Below, in pieces: positions 1 to 12,228 of a DNA stretch of 64,000 nt. The notes beneath the pieces were generated by a model that did no database searches, was not told the DNA's origin, and saw nothing but the letters and a program-made list of their open reading frames with translations. The translations under genes and the position numbers were made by a program. The DNA lies in the NCBI GenBank assembly GCA_951406725.2, contig OX597821.1:96906001-96970000 (forward strand). The letters run 5' to 3'. Position 1 is the first letter of the stretch. Every line of letters starts with the position of its first letter. The stretch is from Octopus vulgaris. Its lineage: Eukaryota.

Positions 1-98
1 AGTCGACCTCGGCGGAATTTGAACTAAGAACGTAACGGTAGACGACATACGGCTACGCATTTCGCCCGGCGTGCTAACGTTTCTGCCAGCTCGCCGCC
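1..98 (-). mobile_element. tRNA-derived SINE family A, 5' head
   Basis: Reverse complement GGCGGCGAGCTGGCAGAAACGTTAGCACG...TAGTTCAAATTCCGCCGAGGTCGAC has A-box and B-box-like motifs; the same sequence recurs more than 10 times in the window. Confidence 0.8.
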
Positions 99-161
99 GT
101 AACAATATATATATTTAAAATCAAAACGAAACAGTTCACAAACAAATATCGAAATACTTAC

Positions 162-359
162 TGTAAATTTTAAATTCACAAATTGTAAGAGGTTCCAAAT
201 GATACAGGCGTACCCTGACAACTGAAGCAACGACGGGCTTCGTGCAGTGGAAAATATGTGTACTGAACTTAGTGTCGTTATGGGAATAACACTCTACATT
301 ATCATCAATATCCGAAGTGTTTGCTACCGTTACGTAGAATTTCTGAAGTCGATAGGAAT
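162..359 (-). CDS. Host gene exon 4: C-terminal half of the F-type lectin domain (YSYRLQKFYVTVANTS...ECY...CTKPVVASVVRVRLYHLEPLTICEFKIY); gene continues beyond the window start
   Basis: catctatcctttAG acceptor, GTAAGT donor, 198 nt, phase 1-1, open. Ends in LTICEFKIY, matching the FTP LxLCEVxV motif, and continues exon 3 in frame. Confidence 0.88.
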
Positions 360-499
360 CTAAAGGATAGATGAAAATATAAAAGTATTATGCATACATG
401 TATATTTCAGACGCACGCACACACACACATTCGCACACACACATGCATTCGCATGTGTACAAAGAGACATTGACGCACAACATACTCACCACACGCACG

Positions 500-531
<32 letters not shown>

Positions 532-535
<4 letters not shown>

Positions 536-800
536 AAAATATTTGGAGTCAACAAGGAGTACGGTTGGACATATATTTCTTAATTACTACAATTGTTTCC
601 ACGCAACGTAGTTCTCTAGCCGTGGACGTACTTGATGATGCAACTGTTTCCCTGCATTATGAGGTCTAGTTGTGTTTCCTCAGGCGATATATAAATATTG
701 TCCCCGTAAGTTCACATTCTCTACTTCAAGAAAATCGTCTCTGTCTTTCGTGGCCTGAATTTAGTAGTTTATCACGGTGTAATGTTGCTGAAGGACCGTT
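532..800. mobile_element. Single arm of the repeat family that forms the 60260-60816 palindrome (probable PLE end)
   Basis: Diverged match by eye (ggagtcaac..ggagtacgg..ctacaattgtttc..gtttccctg..gtaagttca) to 60263-60530. Confidence 0.6.
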
Positions 801-1275
801 GCCATACTGCTTTGAATGAGTAGATGTAGTGGGATGGCGATTCTGCTACTGTTAAAGTGGTTACTGTTTTAAAGGGATTGGCATTTCATTTCTTAGTACT
901 GTTGGTTTGTTCTGCATGGCTGGTTACACATGCGATTGTTCTTAGCCGACCTTTACGAATCGGCCTATACGCACATACATGTGGATGCATATGCGAACGA
1001 CCACGTATATGAGCAAAGGCGTAAACTTACTTGACTGACAACGCGTAACAGAGCGAAAAATATATGTGCCCCTTGTTCAAGAAGCATTTAATTTTTTTTC
1101 AGTAACGAATAAATTTACAAGAGAATTTCGTTTGGATTTCTTGAAATTCTCGCCAACCTTTGGATCTCCTAACGATTATTCACAAATATTTTGTTTTATA
1201 TTTGTTTTCTAAACAGCATGAGAGTTCAAAAAAATTAAGGATTTGTGCCCGGTATTCAGCACATCCTTTAATTAA

Positions 1276-1306
<31 letters not shown>

Positions 1307-1422
1307 AGTATATAGTTTATTGAAATTCGAGTTGCGAGAAAAATATTGAAGTTACATAAACTATTTGTTCCACAATATGTATTGAGCGCTACATTATCAC
1401 ATTCACTCACCAACACTGAATG

Positions 1423-1459
<37 letters not shown>

Positions 1460-1698
1460 CTTACTTGGAAGTGGATGCGTGGCGTTCAATCATATAATAA
1501 CAAATTAATAAGTAAAACATATGCATACATACATATATGTACATACCTACATTTATATGTATATATACATGCATATATGGGTACAGGACACCAAATAAAC
1601 GTAGAGCACAACGAGAAACGAAAACATAAAAAAAAAAACATGGAATCGGATTTCTTCAAACAACGAAAAAACAAGGTTGAAAAGGAGCACACGAGTTG

Positions 1699-1830
1699 AT
1701 ATGTACAAGGAAAATAAGACAAGGTAGAAAATGTTAAAATAATTGTATCATGAAGAAAATTTTAGTAAAATGTTGTTCATGATAACATTATTTTAGAATT
1801 TTCTACCTTGTCTTATTTTCCTTGTATATA
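1699..1830. repeat. Imperfect fold-back palindrome (~65 bp arms), probable PLE end
   Basis: gtacaaggaaaataagacaaggtagaaaat...catga mirrored by tcatga...attttctaccttgtcttattttccttgtat. Confidence 0.75.
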
Positions 1831-1928
1831 CGTAAATATCGTGGTCTGAGAATGGCCGGTATGTGACTATGTATTTATGTATTTGTGTATTTGTGTGTTT
1901 GTTCATGTTTTATATGTGTTGTATAGGA

Positions 1929-2018
1929 CATCCTGACGAGGGGAGTGCCAATTTTAAGTACTATTTTAAGTACTGATATATCTAGTATTGATTGGCACAT
2001 CCCCGAAACGTGTAGATG
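1929..2018 (+). ncRNA. Type I hammerhead ribozyme (PLE-type)
   Basis: CATC-CTGACGA-GGGGAGTGCCAA...TTGGCAC(A)TCCCC-GAAAC-GT-GTA-GATG. Core boxes, stem II and stem I (CATC/GATG) pair; stem III is minimal. Confidence 0.75.
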
Positions 2019-2529
2019 ATGGACTTCTGTATATCTTATATCTTTGTAAGCTTGTATGTGTATAATATTTTATGTACTATTCGCCGGAATTTTACTCGTA
2101 TCTTGATATGCTATATTTTTATTTTATTATCACTATATTTATTCCTCTTATTCTAACAGTTTTAAGCGTGTTATATGCAAAATTTATATTTATATTTATA
2201 TTTTTTATATTTATATTTGTACTTATATTTTTATTTGTATATGATACTTATATATTACTGAATTTTAAATTTCTAATATGTCGGATTCTATAGATATAAA
2301 CTAGTATATAAGATTTGCATGTGTTTCGTCTATCTTTGAATTTTGTGGTGTCCCTGTGGTTGTTGCTCCTATTGCCTCCCCTTGGATAAAAAAGTGTATA
2401 CAGCTCATTGGAGCACTTCTATTTCCAGTCCGTTGTATATCCTGAGTGTTGTTGTCACTCAAGATATAACTTTATATTTTGTAATATATATATATATATA
2501 TATATATAATATAATTCGATATATATATA

Positions 2530-2880
2530 TTGAGTAGCCCGTCGTTGCGGGGTGGTTTAGACAACGGATTGCCTTTATTTCAATGTTTTTATTCCATTTC
2601 AGACCATGTATCCCCAGCGGATAGGCCTCTTTATCAGAACGGATTTCTACGTTATTTTGGTCAATTTATAATGTAAATGTAGTCCTTTTAATTTACCATT
2701 TGGTGCATAGATGTAAAGAGTGTACATACTTCCTACTCTTGAACATGAAACGTAAAGCCGACCATGGGCGAAGCAGGGCTCTTCAAGCCGGCAACCGAAA
2801 ATCTTTACCCTTGCGATTTATTGTTGGTCAATGCAAAACTAAGACTCACTGAAAATTGAAGTCGTTGGAATTGAAATAGG
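2530..2880 (-). mobile_element. Helitron remnant: PIF1-type helicase C-terminus plus 3' hairpin
   Basis: Minus-strand translation (with a stop and frameshift) SFALTNNKSQG*...EEPCFAHGRLYVSCSRVG matches the Helitron helicase motif INKSQGQ...HGQLYVAxSRV. CCCCGCAACGACGGG hairpin near 2538-2553. Confidence 0.7.
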
Positions 2881-3378
2881 ACATTGACTCTTGAGTCTGT
2901 GCGCTTATCATCTAACGGCTCTCGACAAATGTGATATATTTTTATTGGATATATTTTTACAATACACAAAATGTTTTAACAATTATTTTATACAATTCCT
3001 AATAATATCTAATTATAAAAATATAGAAGGACTTTTAAAAACATCAAATGGCCATGGAGGTCCACACTAATAAAACAGGAATCAAAGGGGGACTCGTGTC
3101 GTTTACTATCAAGTTTGTTCCTTCTCTGTTCGGATGTTGCCTGAGTTTGCCACTGATGCTTTGCAAGGATCTTTCGACCCTGTCGCTTTAATGAATTTCC
3201 TTGCACACATGCATACACACTCTAACGTACGTACACACACACACACACACATAAACGTGCGCACTCTCAGAGTGGATAATATACATGTGTTGAGAAAAAG
3301 TGAGAGAGAGTTTACAATAAGAAAAGCTTAAAAGATAGAGAAAGAGGGAGAGAGAGAGAGAGTGAGAGAAAGAGAAAG

Positions 3379-3411
<33 letters not shown>

Positions 3412-3721
3412 AACAGACAGACAGAGGGGATCTTTTCTGTTGCTGTCACAGACTTTGAAATTTTAAAATTAAGTGAAATTTTTCAAATTTGATATATTGA
3501 TTTAGAAAAACCTTACAGAGGTTTAAAGTTTGATCATTTTAACCTAATCAGAAAACAGGATTTGGAAGTAAATTTCTGATCAATTGAAACCCTTGTTATC
3601 GTAACCAAATAAGGGGAGGGAACTTATTTAAGGACTTCTTTAATTAGTGTTTCCTTTCCATTAGACTTATCTTTTGCATTATCCGAGAGCGTTAAATATA
3701 AAAAAGTGTGTGTGTGTCTAT

Positions 3722-3761
<40 letters not shown>

Positions 3762-4139
3762 CAGATGTCTGTTTGGCTTCGCTAGGTATGTTGGTTATGT
3801 TTATTTATGATGTGTTCAGAATCTGTTCTACTGATGAACAAAAGATGTATTTAATACGTTAATTGCGAAATCACAGGTGATATAGAACTAAATTCAGTTT
3901 TTTAAATGTCTTGCTTCGAGAGCTGCATTCGGTATGATTCGTTAAATTTTGGTAGTAATGACTTATGTCCCTCTTAGCGTGTGGCTTTTATGTGTAATAA
4001 TGCCCTCTATACAATATAAATAAATATTTTCAAGTGAAAAAATTATTTTCGGATTTTTTCTCTTATGAGGTTTTCACGCTAACTACCTGATAATTTCTTG
4101 TTAAGATTCCTTATTAAGATTTTATCCTTAATTGTTAAA

Positions 4140-4202
<63 letters not shown>

Positions 4203-4214
4203 CATGTATATAAG

Positions 4215-5180
4215 CGGATTGTTGAAAACAATCAATGTTGTAAGGCAGCTAAATTTGCTGGGAAACTCCAAATCAGTCGGAGTAATATTGTGACGTATAT
4301 CCATCAACTTGGCTTCTGTAGCAGTGCAGCGAGAAGGTAACGTCTTCTACCAGCAAATATCCAAAGACGAAAGAAGTGGGCAAATGAAATGATAGAAAGA
4401 TCCATAAGGTTCTGGGAAACAGTCATCTTCTCGGACGAAACAATATTTGCACAATTCTTTAACAGCGAACTGGTGTGGTCTGGAAACTGCTAAATCAGGA
4501 CTTTGATTTAAATCGGTTACAACCAATCGTGAAACACGGCGGTGTTTCAATGATGTGGGTAGCAATCTGGTGCGCTGGTCATTTAGAACTGGTGACGTGT
4601 ACTATCAACACGAACTCGGAAAAATATATCTTCAGCTTTTGGATGGAGATTATTTTTCTTCCTCTTCCTCCAATGGTCATATTATAAGAAAAATTATACA
4701 ATCATGGAAAATGGTTCTCCGTGACAAACAGCCAAAAAGACCAATGAGTCGCAAGTGAAAAACGAAATCAGAAGTGTACTTTGGCCAAGTTGATCTCATG
4801 GCATGAACCTCATTGAACGTATTTGGAGCATACTGGACGCAGATGTATTTTCTCCACTTTTCTCATGTTCAGATAAGAAAAATGACTCATTCATGGAGAA
4901 TAGTGCTCCGTGCCAAGCAACCAAAATGACCAATGAGTCGCAAGAAAAGGGAATCAGAAGTGTTCTTTGGCCAAACCGATCTCCTGATATGAACACCATT
5001 GGACATCTTTGGGACATACTGGATAAAGTAGTGCAAAATAAGCCAAGGAAACCAAACTTTGTTCAACATGATGTGTGCTGCTTGAGCAGAAATTCCATAA
5101 GAGAAATTTCTGAATTCATTAGTATGATGCCCAAACGGAATAAATCTTTTAAAAACTGCACAAGGCATGTCTACAGAATA
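4215..5180 (+). mobile_element. Degraded Tc1-family transposase
   Basis: Fragments VIFSDET, VKHGGVSMMWVAIW and WPNRSPDMNTIGHLWDIL across frames; internal partial duplication (~4700-4840 vs ~4890-5030). Confidence 0.8.
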
Positions 5181-5292
5181 CTAGATTTGAGAGAGGGGGG
5201 GGACAAAGAAATAAAGAGAGAGGCAGACAGAGGGAAAGAAACAAAGAAACAAAGAGAGAGAAAGGCATAGAGAGAGTGGCAGAGACAAAGAA

Positions 5293-5330
<38 letters not shown>

Positions 5331-5395
5331 AGAAAGATTGACAAGCCGATAAAGAAAGTGAGAGAAAGATTAAAGAACTTTAATGAGTGTTTACT

Positions 5396-5491
<96 letters not shown>

Positions 5492-5560
5492 GGAGTAAAC
5501 ACATAAATGTGAAACAAGGTGGAAAAAAGAGTACTCAAATACCAGTGGTAGAGTAATATG

Positions 5561-5708
5561 CTTTATTTACAGCAGCAGAAAATTCAACAAAACCTGTTAC
5601 TCTGAGTTTCCCGTTGTCGTTCATCGGACAGTTTTTGCTAGTCCGATGAACGGCAACGGGAAACTCAGAGTAACAGGTTTTGTTGAATTTTCTGCTGCTT
5701 TAAATAAA

Positions 5709-5709
<1 letters not shown>
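5561..5709. repeat. Near-perfect hairpin, 69 bp arms and 11 nt loop, between (TA)n tracts
   Basis: 5561-5629 is the reverse complement of 5641-5709 with ~2 mismatches. The right arm starts with hammerhead-like CCGATGA..GAAAC. Confidence 0.9.
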
Positions 5710-5751
<42 letters not shown>

Positions 5752-5795
5752 AATATATTTATAGAACTCATATTTTAAAGTGTTTTTCTGTTTAC

Positions 5796-6029
5796 ATTTC
5801 TTATTGTTATCGACTCGGTTAAAAATCTGCATATAATGCAGTATAGTCGGTTCATCAAGGTAGACCATCCAAAATGGCGCTTGCTTTGGATTGTCGTTAG
5901 TATGGCTACAAGAATATTCTTTTTCATGTTCGTTGTAATAAGTACAAGTGAAACCATCCACAGCCATTTCAGCGACTCCACCATAAGCGGTACTACTCTG
6001 CTTGACAATGCGTTTTAAAGCTATATTTT
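5796..6029 (-). CDS. Host gene exon 3: N-terminal half of an F-type lectin (fucolectin/FTP) domain (QNIALKRIVKQSSTAYGGVAEMAVDG...SCSHT...PFWMVYL...IFNRVDNNKK)
   Basis: tttcttttcAG acceptor, GTAAAC donor, 234 nt, phase 1-1. Carries the FTP signatures NIAL..QSST..A..AVDG, SCxHT, PxWxVxL and NRxD. Overlaps track ORF 5665..5967. Confidence 0.9.
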
Positions 6030-6101
6030 CTGAAAAGAAAAAAAGAAATTAATTTATATTACACATGTACAAACATATGTGTGTATGTGTGTGCTTGCAT
6101 G

Positions 6102-6205
<104 letters not shown>

Positions 6206-6213
6206 TGATGATG

Positions 6214-6262
<49 letters not shown>

Positions 6263-6263
<1 letters not shown>

Positions 6264-8333
6264 TCGTTCGTTTATTGGCCACAAGGGCTGACAAAAATCA
6301 ATTAAAACATAAAGGGACAAAACACAGGACGAAAGTTACAAAAGGTTTTGTCAGTTTGAAAAAGGTCCGTGTACAAAAGCAGGATAACAACGAAATGTAG
6401 GTAACAATTAAAACTCTCAATAGGGGGAGGCGCTTCGAAAAGTTACTCGTGGAAAAACCTATAAAAGCCACGGGAGCCTGATCAAAAGTGGGGTAGAGAG
6501 CCCCTTTCTACTTTTATATTTCCTTTTAATTCTCACAGGTGTATCCTCAGAATTGGTCCGTTCATACTGGCCATTCTTGCGACATTCACCCACCTTTCAA
6601 TAAACTTGCTACCAGACATCACTTCCCTCTCTACTCTTATCTTCCTTTTCAAGTGAAACTTGAAAAAGCTGATGAGGCCTTGGCCAAAGAGGAAAGTGTC
6701 AGACCTTAGCCCTTTCAAACGGGTCCACCATATCACCTCTTTCGCTACAGCCACTAGGCAAACGAAAACTGCCTTGCCCTCCCGGTTAAAGGAGGTCGGC
6801 GGGGCAATCTTCACTATGGATTCAGCTGATAGCCGGATCCTTCCTATACGCGACAGTAGCTGTTCGACATAAACCCATAGTTCAGCAATACTCGGGCACT
6901 GGACGAGTGCGTGAAGAACGGTTTCGTCGTCCTAGGCGCACCTCGGGCAGGCCCGTCTGACGGCACTTCCGTGCCGGTAGAGTTTATCCTCAACAGGCAG
7001 AGCCCCTCGGTAGCACTGCCAGGCGAGGGACCTTTGGAAATTATCCATTGGCCCCGGCCCGAAAGTTCTCCCGAACAGACTGTTTAGCTCGTTATCGTCA
7101 ACGCCTAGATTTTCCCCGAGAACGTCGTCGCACTTTTCTTCCACTAAACCTCTATAGAACGCTAGAGTGGAACCACTACCGATCGTATAGCCCGCCTGGT
7201 GGAGGGTGGAGAGAGCTTGACGGCACTCGAGGTGCCAAGTGCCCTTCCTCGGTCTGTGTTTGATCCAAGACTGCAACTCTGTCAGAGACGAGCTGCGGAA
7301 AGTCGCGTCTGACAAAAGATGACAACACCTGTTCACCGTCTTGGAAACACTTGAGATGCCGTAGCCTGAGCGCATGTCTGTGCATCAGTAACCACGGCAT
7401 GCCAAGGCCTCCGTTCAGCGGCCGTTGACAGCAGATAGATCGCCTGACCAGTGGTACCTGACCCTTCCACAAGAAGTCAAAGAGGAAGCGCACCAGCTTG
7501 GCCAACCAGCGGTCGTGACAAGGGACGACGGTCAATCGGTAATAGATGACGGATGCGATGTTCGCATTCGCCACCTCCGCTCGACTTTTCAAGGACAGCT
7601 TCCTCTCGGCCCATTTCTGGTTGAGATTGGAGGTCTGGACCGAACCAGACCCCGAGCAGTTTAACGCGTCCGTCTGTCCAGTGCCCTACGACACTGTTGG
7701 ACGGTATGGACTTGCCTCTCCAGGTGTCCAGTTGCAAGCCCGCGGACTTTTCCGCGTTAATCTTTGCACCTGTCACCGCTTCGTACTCGTTTAGTGTCTC
7801 GCCAATAAGGTCAATGTGCCTGTGGCTCAACACCATCACGGTGACGTCGTCGGCATAGGCAGACACGCTGTTTCCACCTCCTAGATCGCGCGGGATACCC
7901 CTCAAAGCCTCCAGCTTGCGCAGTAATGGCTCGAGAGTCAATACGTACAAGAGGGAGGCGAACCGAACGCGAGATGTCAAACCGCTCCGAAAGGTGACCG
8001 TTCACCCGTATCACCGAGCAGATGTTGCTGTACAAAGCAGCGATCCACCCGCGGAAGACTGGACCTAAACCGGCTGCCATGAGAATAGCTGCCAGGTATC
8101 GATGGTCGACTCTATCGAAGGCTTTACTCTGATCTAAATTGATCAAAGCCCCACCCGCACCAGTGTCGTTACCCACCCTCTCTATGATGTAGCGCATGAG
8201 ATGGAGATTATAGTGTATCGACCTGGTCGGCACGGCGCATGTCTGCGCCTTGTCAATCAGCTTATCCACGACAAGCGCTAATCTCTTGGCTAGCACCTTG
8301 GCCAAAATCTTCAACTCTGCATTGAGCAGTGAT
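6263..8333 (-). mobile_element. 5'-truncated Tx1/L1-clade LINE (RT to 3' end), frameshifted, ending at (AAT)n
   Basis: Track ORFs 7811..8314, 7477..7980, 7176..7592, 6932..7375 and 6533..6814 give KILAKVLAKRL, LDQSKAFDRVDH, SAYADDVTV, GGLGMP and CPRC zf-RVT-like motifs. Confidence 0.9.
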
Positions 8334-8336
8334 GTA

Positions 8337-9036
8337 ATAATTTGAGGGAATATTATTCCTAACTTACAGGGAAAACTTCAATTTAGAAATACTAAATCAA
8401 ATTTCACAAAATATAATATATATATATAAATTAGTAAAAACCCACCTTTTATCAATTCAAAATGAACAATTAAATTACACCATCTAGAAAATTACATATA
8501 ATAGAAATATTAAATATAAAATAACAATAATATACCGATGATTAAGTAATGTGCAAAATAATAAATAAAACGTATAATAAAATCTTTAATATTATTAATA
8601 ATTTTAACATATATTCCTTTCTAGATGGTATAGGAATATCCTTCAAAGGTGAATTCCAAAAGAGTGGTTCTATTTTACCTGTAAGTTCCATAACCGACGA
8701 TAATGAATTCATCTTTTGGAATTCATCTTTGAAGGATATTCCTATACCATCAAGAAAGGAATATATTTTAAAGCTTATTAATAATATTAAAGATTTTATT
8801 ATACGTTTTATTTATTATTTTGCACATTACTTAATCATCGGTATATTATTGTTATTTTATATTTTATATTTCTATTATATGTAATTTTCTAGATGGTGTA
8901 ATTTAATTGTTCATTTTGAATTGATAAAAGGTGTTTTTTTCTAATTCATATATATATTATATTTTGTGAAATTTGATTTAGTATTTCTAAATTGAATTTC
9001 TCCCTGTAAGTTAGGAATAATATTCCCTCAAATTAT
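8337..9036. mobile_element. Fold-back Penelope-like element remnant (~265 bp arms, inner 40 bp inverted repeat)
   Basis: 8337-8600 is inverted at 8775-9036; 8624-8663 is inverted at 8712-8751. Reads SLKDIPIPSRKEYILKLINNIKDFIIR, like the N-terminus of Penelope ORFs. Confidence 0.75.
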
Positions 9037-9038
9037 CA

Positions 9039-9080
<42 letters not shown>

Positions 9081-9088
9081 TCATTATC

Positions 9089-9136
<48 letters not shown>

Positions 9137-9141
<5 letters not shown>

Positions 9142-9382
9142 ATACAGGACGTCACCAACAGTAAACAACATGAAATGCGTAAACAAATTAGTTCAATACA
9201 CAAACAACGAGAGAAAAAATGAAAAACAGGACAAGTAGCACAAAGAACGACTCTTCATCAGCCGACAACTGATGAAGGCTCGTTCTTGTGCTACTTGTCC
9301 TGTTTCTCTCGTTGTTTGCGTACTAAACTCATTTATTTTCGTATTTCATGTTGTTTACTGTTAGTGACGTCCTGTACCCATA
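9137..9382. repeat. Fold-back palindrome with CTGATGA at its centre, flanked by (TA)n and (TG)n
   Basis: Arms ~9137-9261 and 9268-9382, with indels; cttcatcag-ccgacaa-ctgatgaag at the apex. Confidence 0.85.
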
Positions 9383-9437
9383 CAGGCATATGTATGTGTG
9401 TGTGTGTGTGTGTGTGTTTGTGTGTGTGTTCATATAC

Positions 9438-9499
<62 letters not shown>

Positions 9500-9501
<2 letters not shown>

Positions 9502-9806
9502 GGAGATGTAGTTGCATAGCAAGTGACCTGATCTGAGATCCGACATAGTGTGTTGGAACGAAAACAATTGCAGCGTGGAAGGCGTTTATAAGCCATTTAA
9601 GAAACACCCAAAGACCGTTAGATTCACTTCAACATTTAAATTTAATTTGTCAAAATATGAGATGCAGCACGGAGTTTTATCTGTGAACAGGTCGCAGTCT
9701 CAAAGCGACGAAAATATTTTGACAAATTAAATTTAAATGCTGAAATGAACCTAACGGATTTTTTGTGTTTCTTAAATGGCTTATAAACACCTTCCACGCT
9801 GCAATT
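9500..9806. repeat. Fold-back element; same family as 26904-27225 and 24675-24795
   Basis: Arms ~9566-9658 and 9714-9806; shared motif gtgaacaggtcgc..tctcaaagcgacgaaaatattttg. Confidence 0.85.
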
Positions 9807-10046
9807 TTTGGCAAAATTTGATGCAGACTCTCTGCTCCACTTTGTTATGGTCAATGCGACGATGACAAGCGACACACCTTCCTTCCAGGCACTGCTGTAA
9901 ACAGTGGCAGTGAGCTAGAACGTCAAAACTTAGTGTGCATGCACAGCAGAGTTCAGTGTCAATCTTTGCCGAGCGGATTCACTCAGTATGCTTTAGCTTC
10001 GTTACTATGGCAATAGTCCGGATACTTATTGATCAGATTATGTAAA

Positions 10047-10157
10047 CAGGGTGGACCATAATGAGATACATTTTAAATGCTGGATCTTGGATGATAAAAA
10101 TGACAGAGTACAAAATATATTGGTACTCTATGTGTCCCTTCATTATGGATCTCCCTG
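10047..10157. mobile_element. Small MITE with Tc1/mariner-like terminal inverted repeats
   Basis: CAGGGTGGACCATAATGA...TCATTATGGATCTCCCTG imperfect TIRs, followed by TA. Confidence 0.5.
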
Positions 10158-10212
10158 TATGTATATATATATGTATATATGTATATATACATATATACAT
10201 ATATACATATAT

Positions 10213-10257
<45 letters not shown>

Positions 10258-10585
10258 ATAAAATGTGATAGGGGTTGTAAATTCAAGCCTCCATGGGATA
10301 ACATATATCCAATATACTGCTAGAGAGGTACCCAACAAAACTAAGACATAAATGTTAAAAATTGCGCGCAATTAATTCATCTACTGTATTATGTGGGCAA
10401 GGGTAAAATTATTACCGTAAATTAATAATACAAAATGAGAAAATAGAGAAACATACGTAAATCAATCATCAACCATCAGATAATACCCACTCAATACTTT
10501 ATTAAACCATTACACAACAACAATGACATTATACATAATATATTACAAATATAACTAGACATAGAAATAGAAATAGAAAATACAA

Positions 10586-10718
10586 TTACATTGTAGCTGA
10601 CAGCTGTTTCGGCCGTAAAGACAGGTATGTCCCATTTAACCTATTAGCCATATAAAGCGGGTATAAATGAGACATTAACAAGAATGTCTCACGGCCTCTT
10701 CAGAGAATTTAATGTAAG
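10586..10718 (-). ncRNA. Type I hammerhead ribozyme, inverted copy of 14613-14745
   Basis: Plus strand gacagctgtttcggccgt...acggcctcttcag is the reverse complement of the core above. Confidence 0.8.
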
Positions 10719-11772
10719 TATGAAAAAAATTTACATATAAATATAAAAATGTGTGCATAGACACTCATAATTCTACACATATATATATATACACAATAAT
10801 ACAATATAAACAATATATATCAATATACATTAACAAACACAATAATGTTCCATATTGAACTCATAGTTCTATATCCAACATCAAGGAAATATATGTACAC
10901 TCACATTTAAATTTAAAGCAGGCATATATATTTAAGAGTCCAGTCTATTAAAATGTATTACCACACAAAAAGTCAATAAAATTAATATTAATATTAATAA
11001 TAATAATAATAATAACAACCATGATTGTCCCATGTAAAGCAAGCGGACATCCACATATATACTCAATAAGTCGAATTCATCTGTCCGCTTGGTATTGATT
11101 TTCATAGATAGATTCGATTGGCTTATAGTTTTAAATTTGAATCACAATGGAAATTTTACGGTTAGTTAGCCAAGAAACACACATACGCACACGCACATCC
11201 ACAGATCGTGCGCACATACATACATAGCTATGTGTATACACACCCACCCACACACATACACACATACATAGCCACATACACAGCCAAATCATAAATAAAT
11301 AAATAAATAATATAAGAGGTAGAATCGCAACTATACACATGCAAAACAGAGGAACCCAACCGATTGCACATACATGTATGCAGACATCAAGCCACCCCAA
11401 ACGACCCATGGCTGTGGTATTAACTAAGTAGATCCACTCACATATTTCCATAAAACAGTAAATGCAAACATACATATAATTATATTTGCCTCTCTATAAT
11501 CTTAGGAACAATATATCTTTTGGATATTTTTGGATATTTTTTATAAGGAACAATATATCTTTTGGAGCTAACGCGAACAACCCTCTTGCAAATTATGATG
11601 GTACTGTACCTGTAAGGAAAAATATTAATGTAATAGATGATACCACTACCACCAATGCTATTACTATTGATAGGAATATCGTCAATAATGATAAATCAAA
11701 TCATTCGTTGAATTTGGGATTGGATAGTAAAAATAATTGTAACACTATTAATGGGAATAGTGTTACAGAAAT

Positions 11773-12228
11773 TTGGCCAATGTTAGATTACCCCAACCTG
11801 TTGATAACTGTAATTGCAGAAACAGAAATAAATGTGTGTTTGGTAATCAATGCCTCAAGAAAGAGGTAGTTTATCAATGCACTGTGGATACACAATTTAG
11901 CAGTAGGGTATACATCGGAGCAACTATGAATAGCATGAAACAGAGACTTAATTATCATAGATATACTTTTATAAATAAAAATAGGATGTACTCTACGGGG
12001 TTAAGTGCGTATATTTGGGAACTCAAAAGTAAGAACTTAGATTTTAAATTAAATTGGAAAATACTAACTTCTGCACCTGTATATAATAGAAAAAATAAAA
12101 AATGCTCTCTATGTATTAATGAAATTTTTTTCATTATCAAAGCTGGTAGGCCTATTATTAATAATATTAATGAAAAAATGTTTTTTTTCATTCATAAACT
12201 ACAGTACACTTTCTCTAGATTTAAATAG
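11773..12228 (+). pseudogene. Penelope GIY-YIG endonuclease C-terminal fragment
   Basis: CNCR..C...CL..VVYQC..YIGAT..KQRLNYH..F..STGLSAYIWELK..WKIL..CSLC; no RT upstream. Confidence 0.88.

Noticed and set aside
223-245. Helitron-like end (gcaacgacgggc)
   Set aside because: Lies inside the open, spliceable lectin exon 162-359; chance resemblance.
11131-11475. Hydrophobic 114 aa ORF duplicated at 13930..14199 as a membrane protein
   Set aside because: It is low-complexity GT-rich pLTR sequence present twice because of the inverted repeat.
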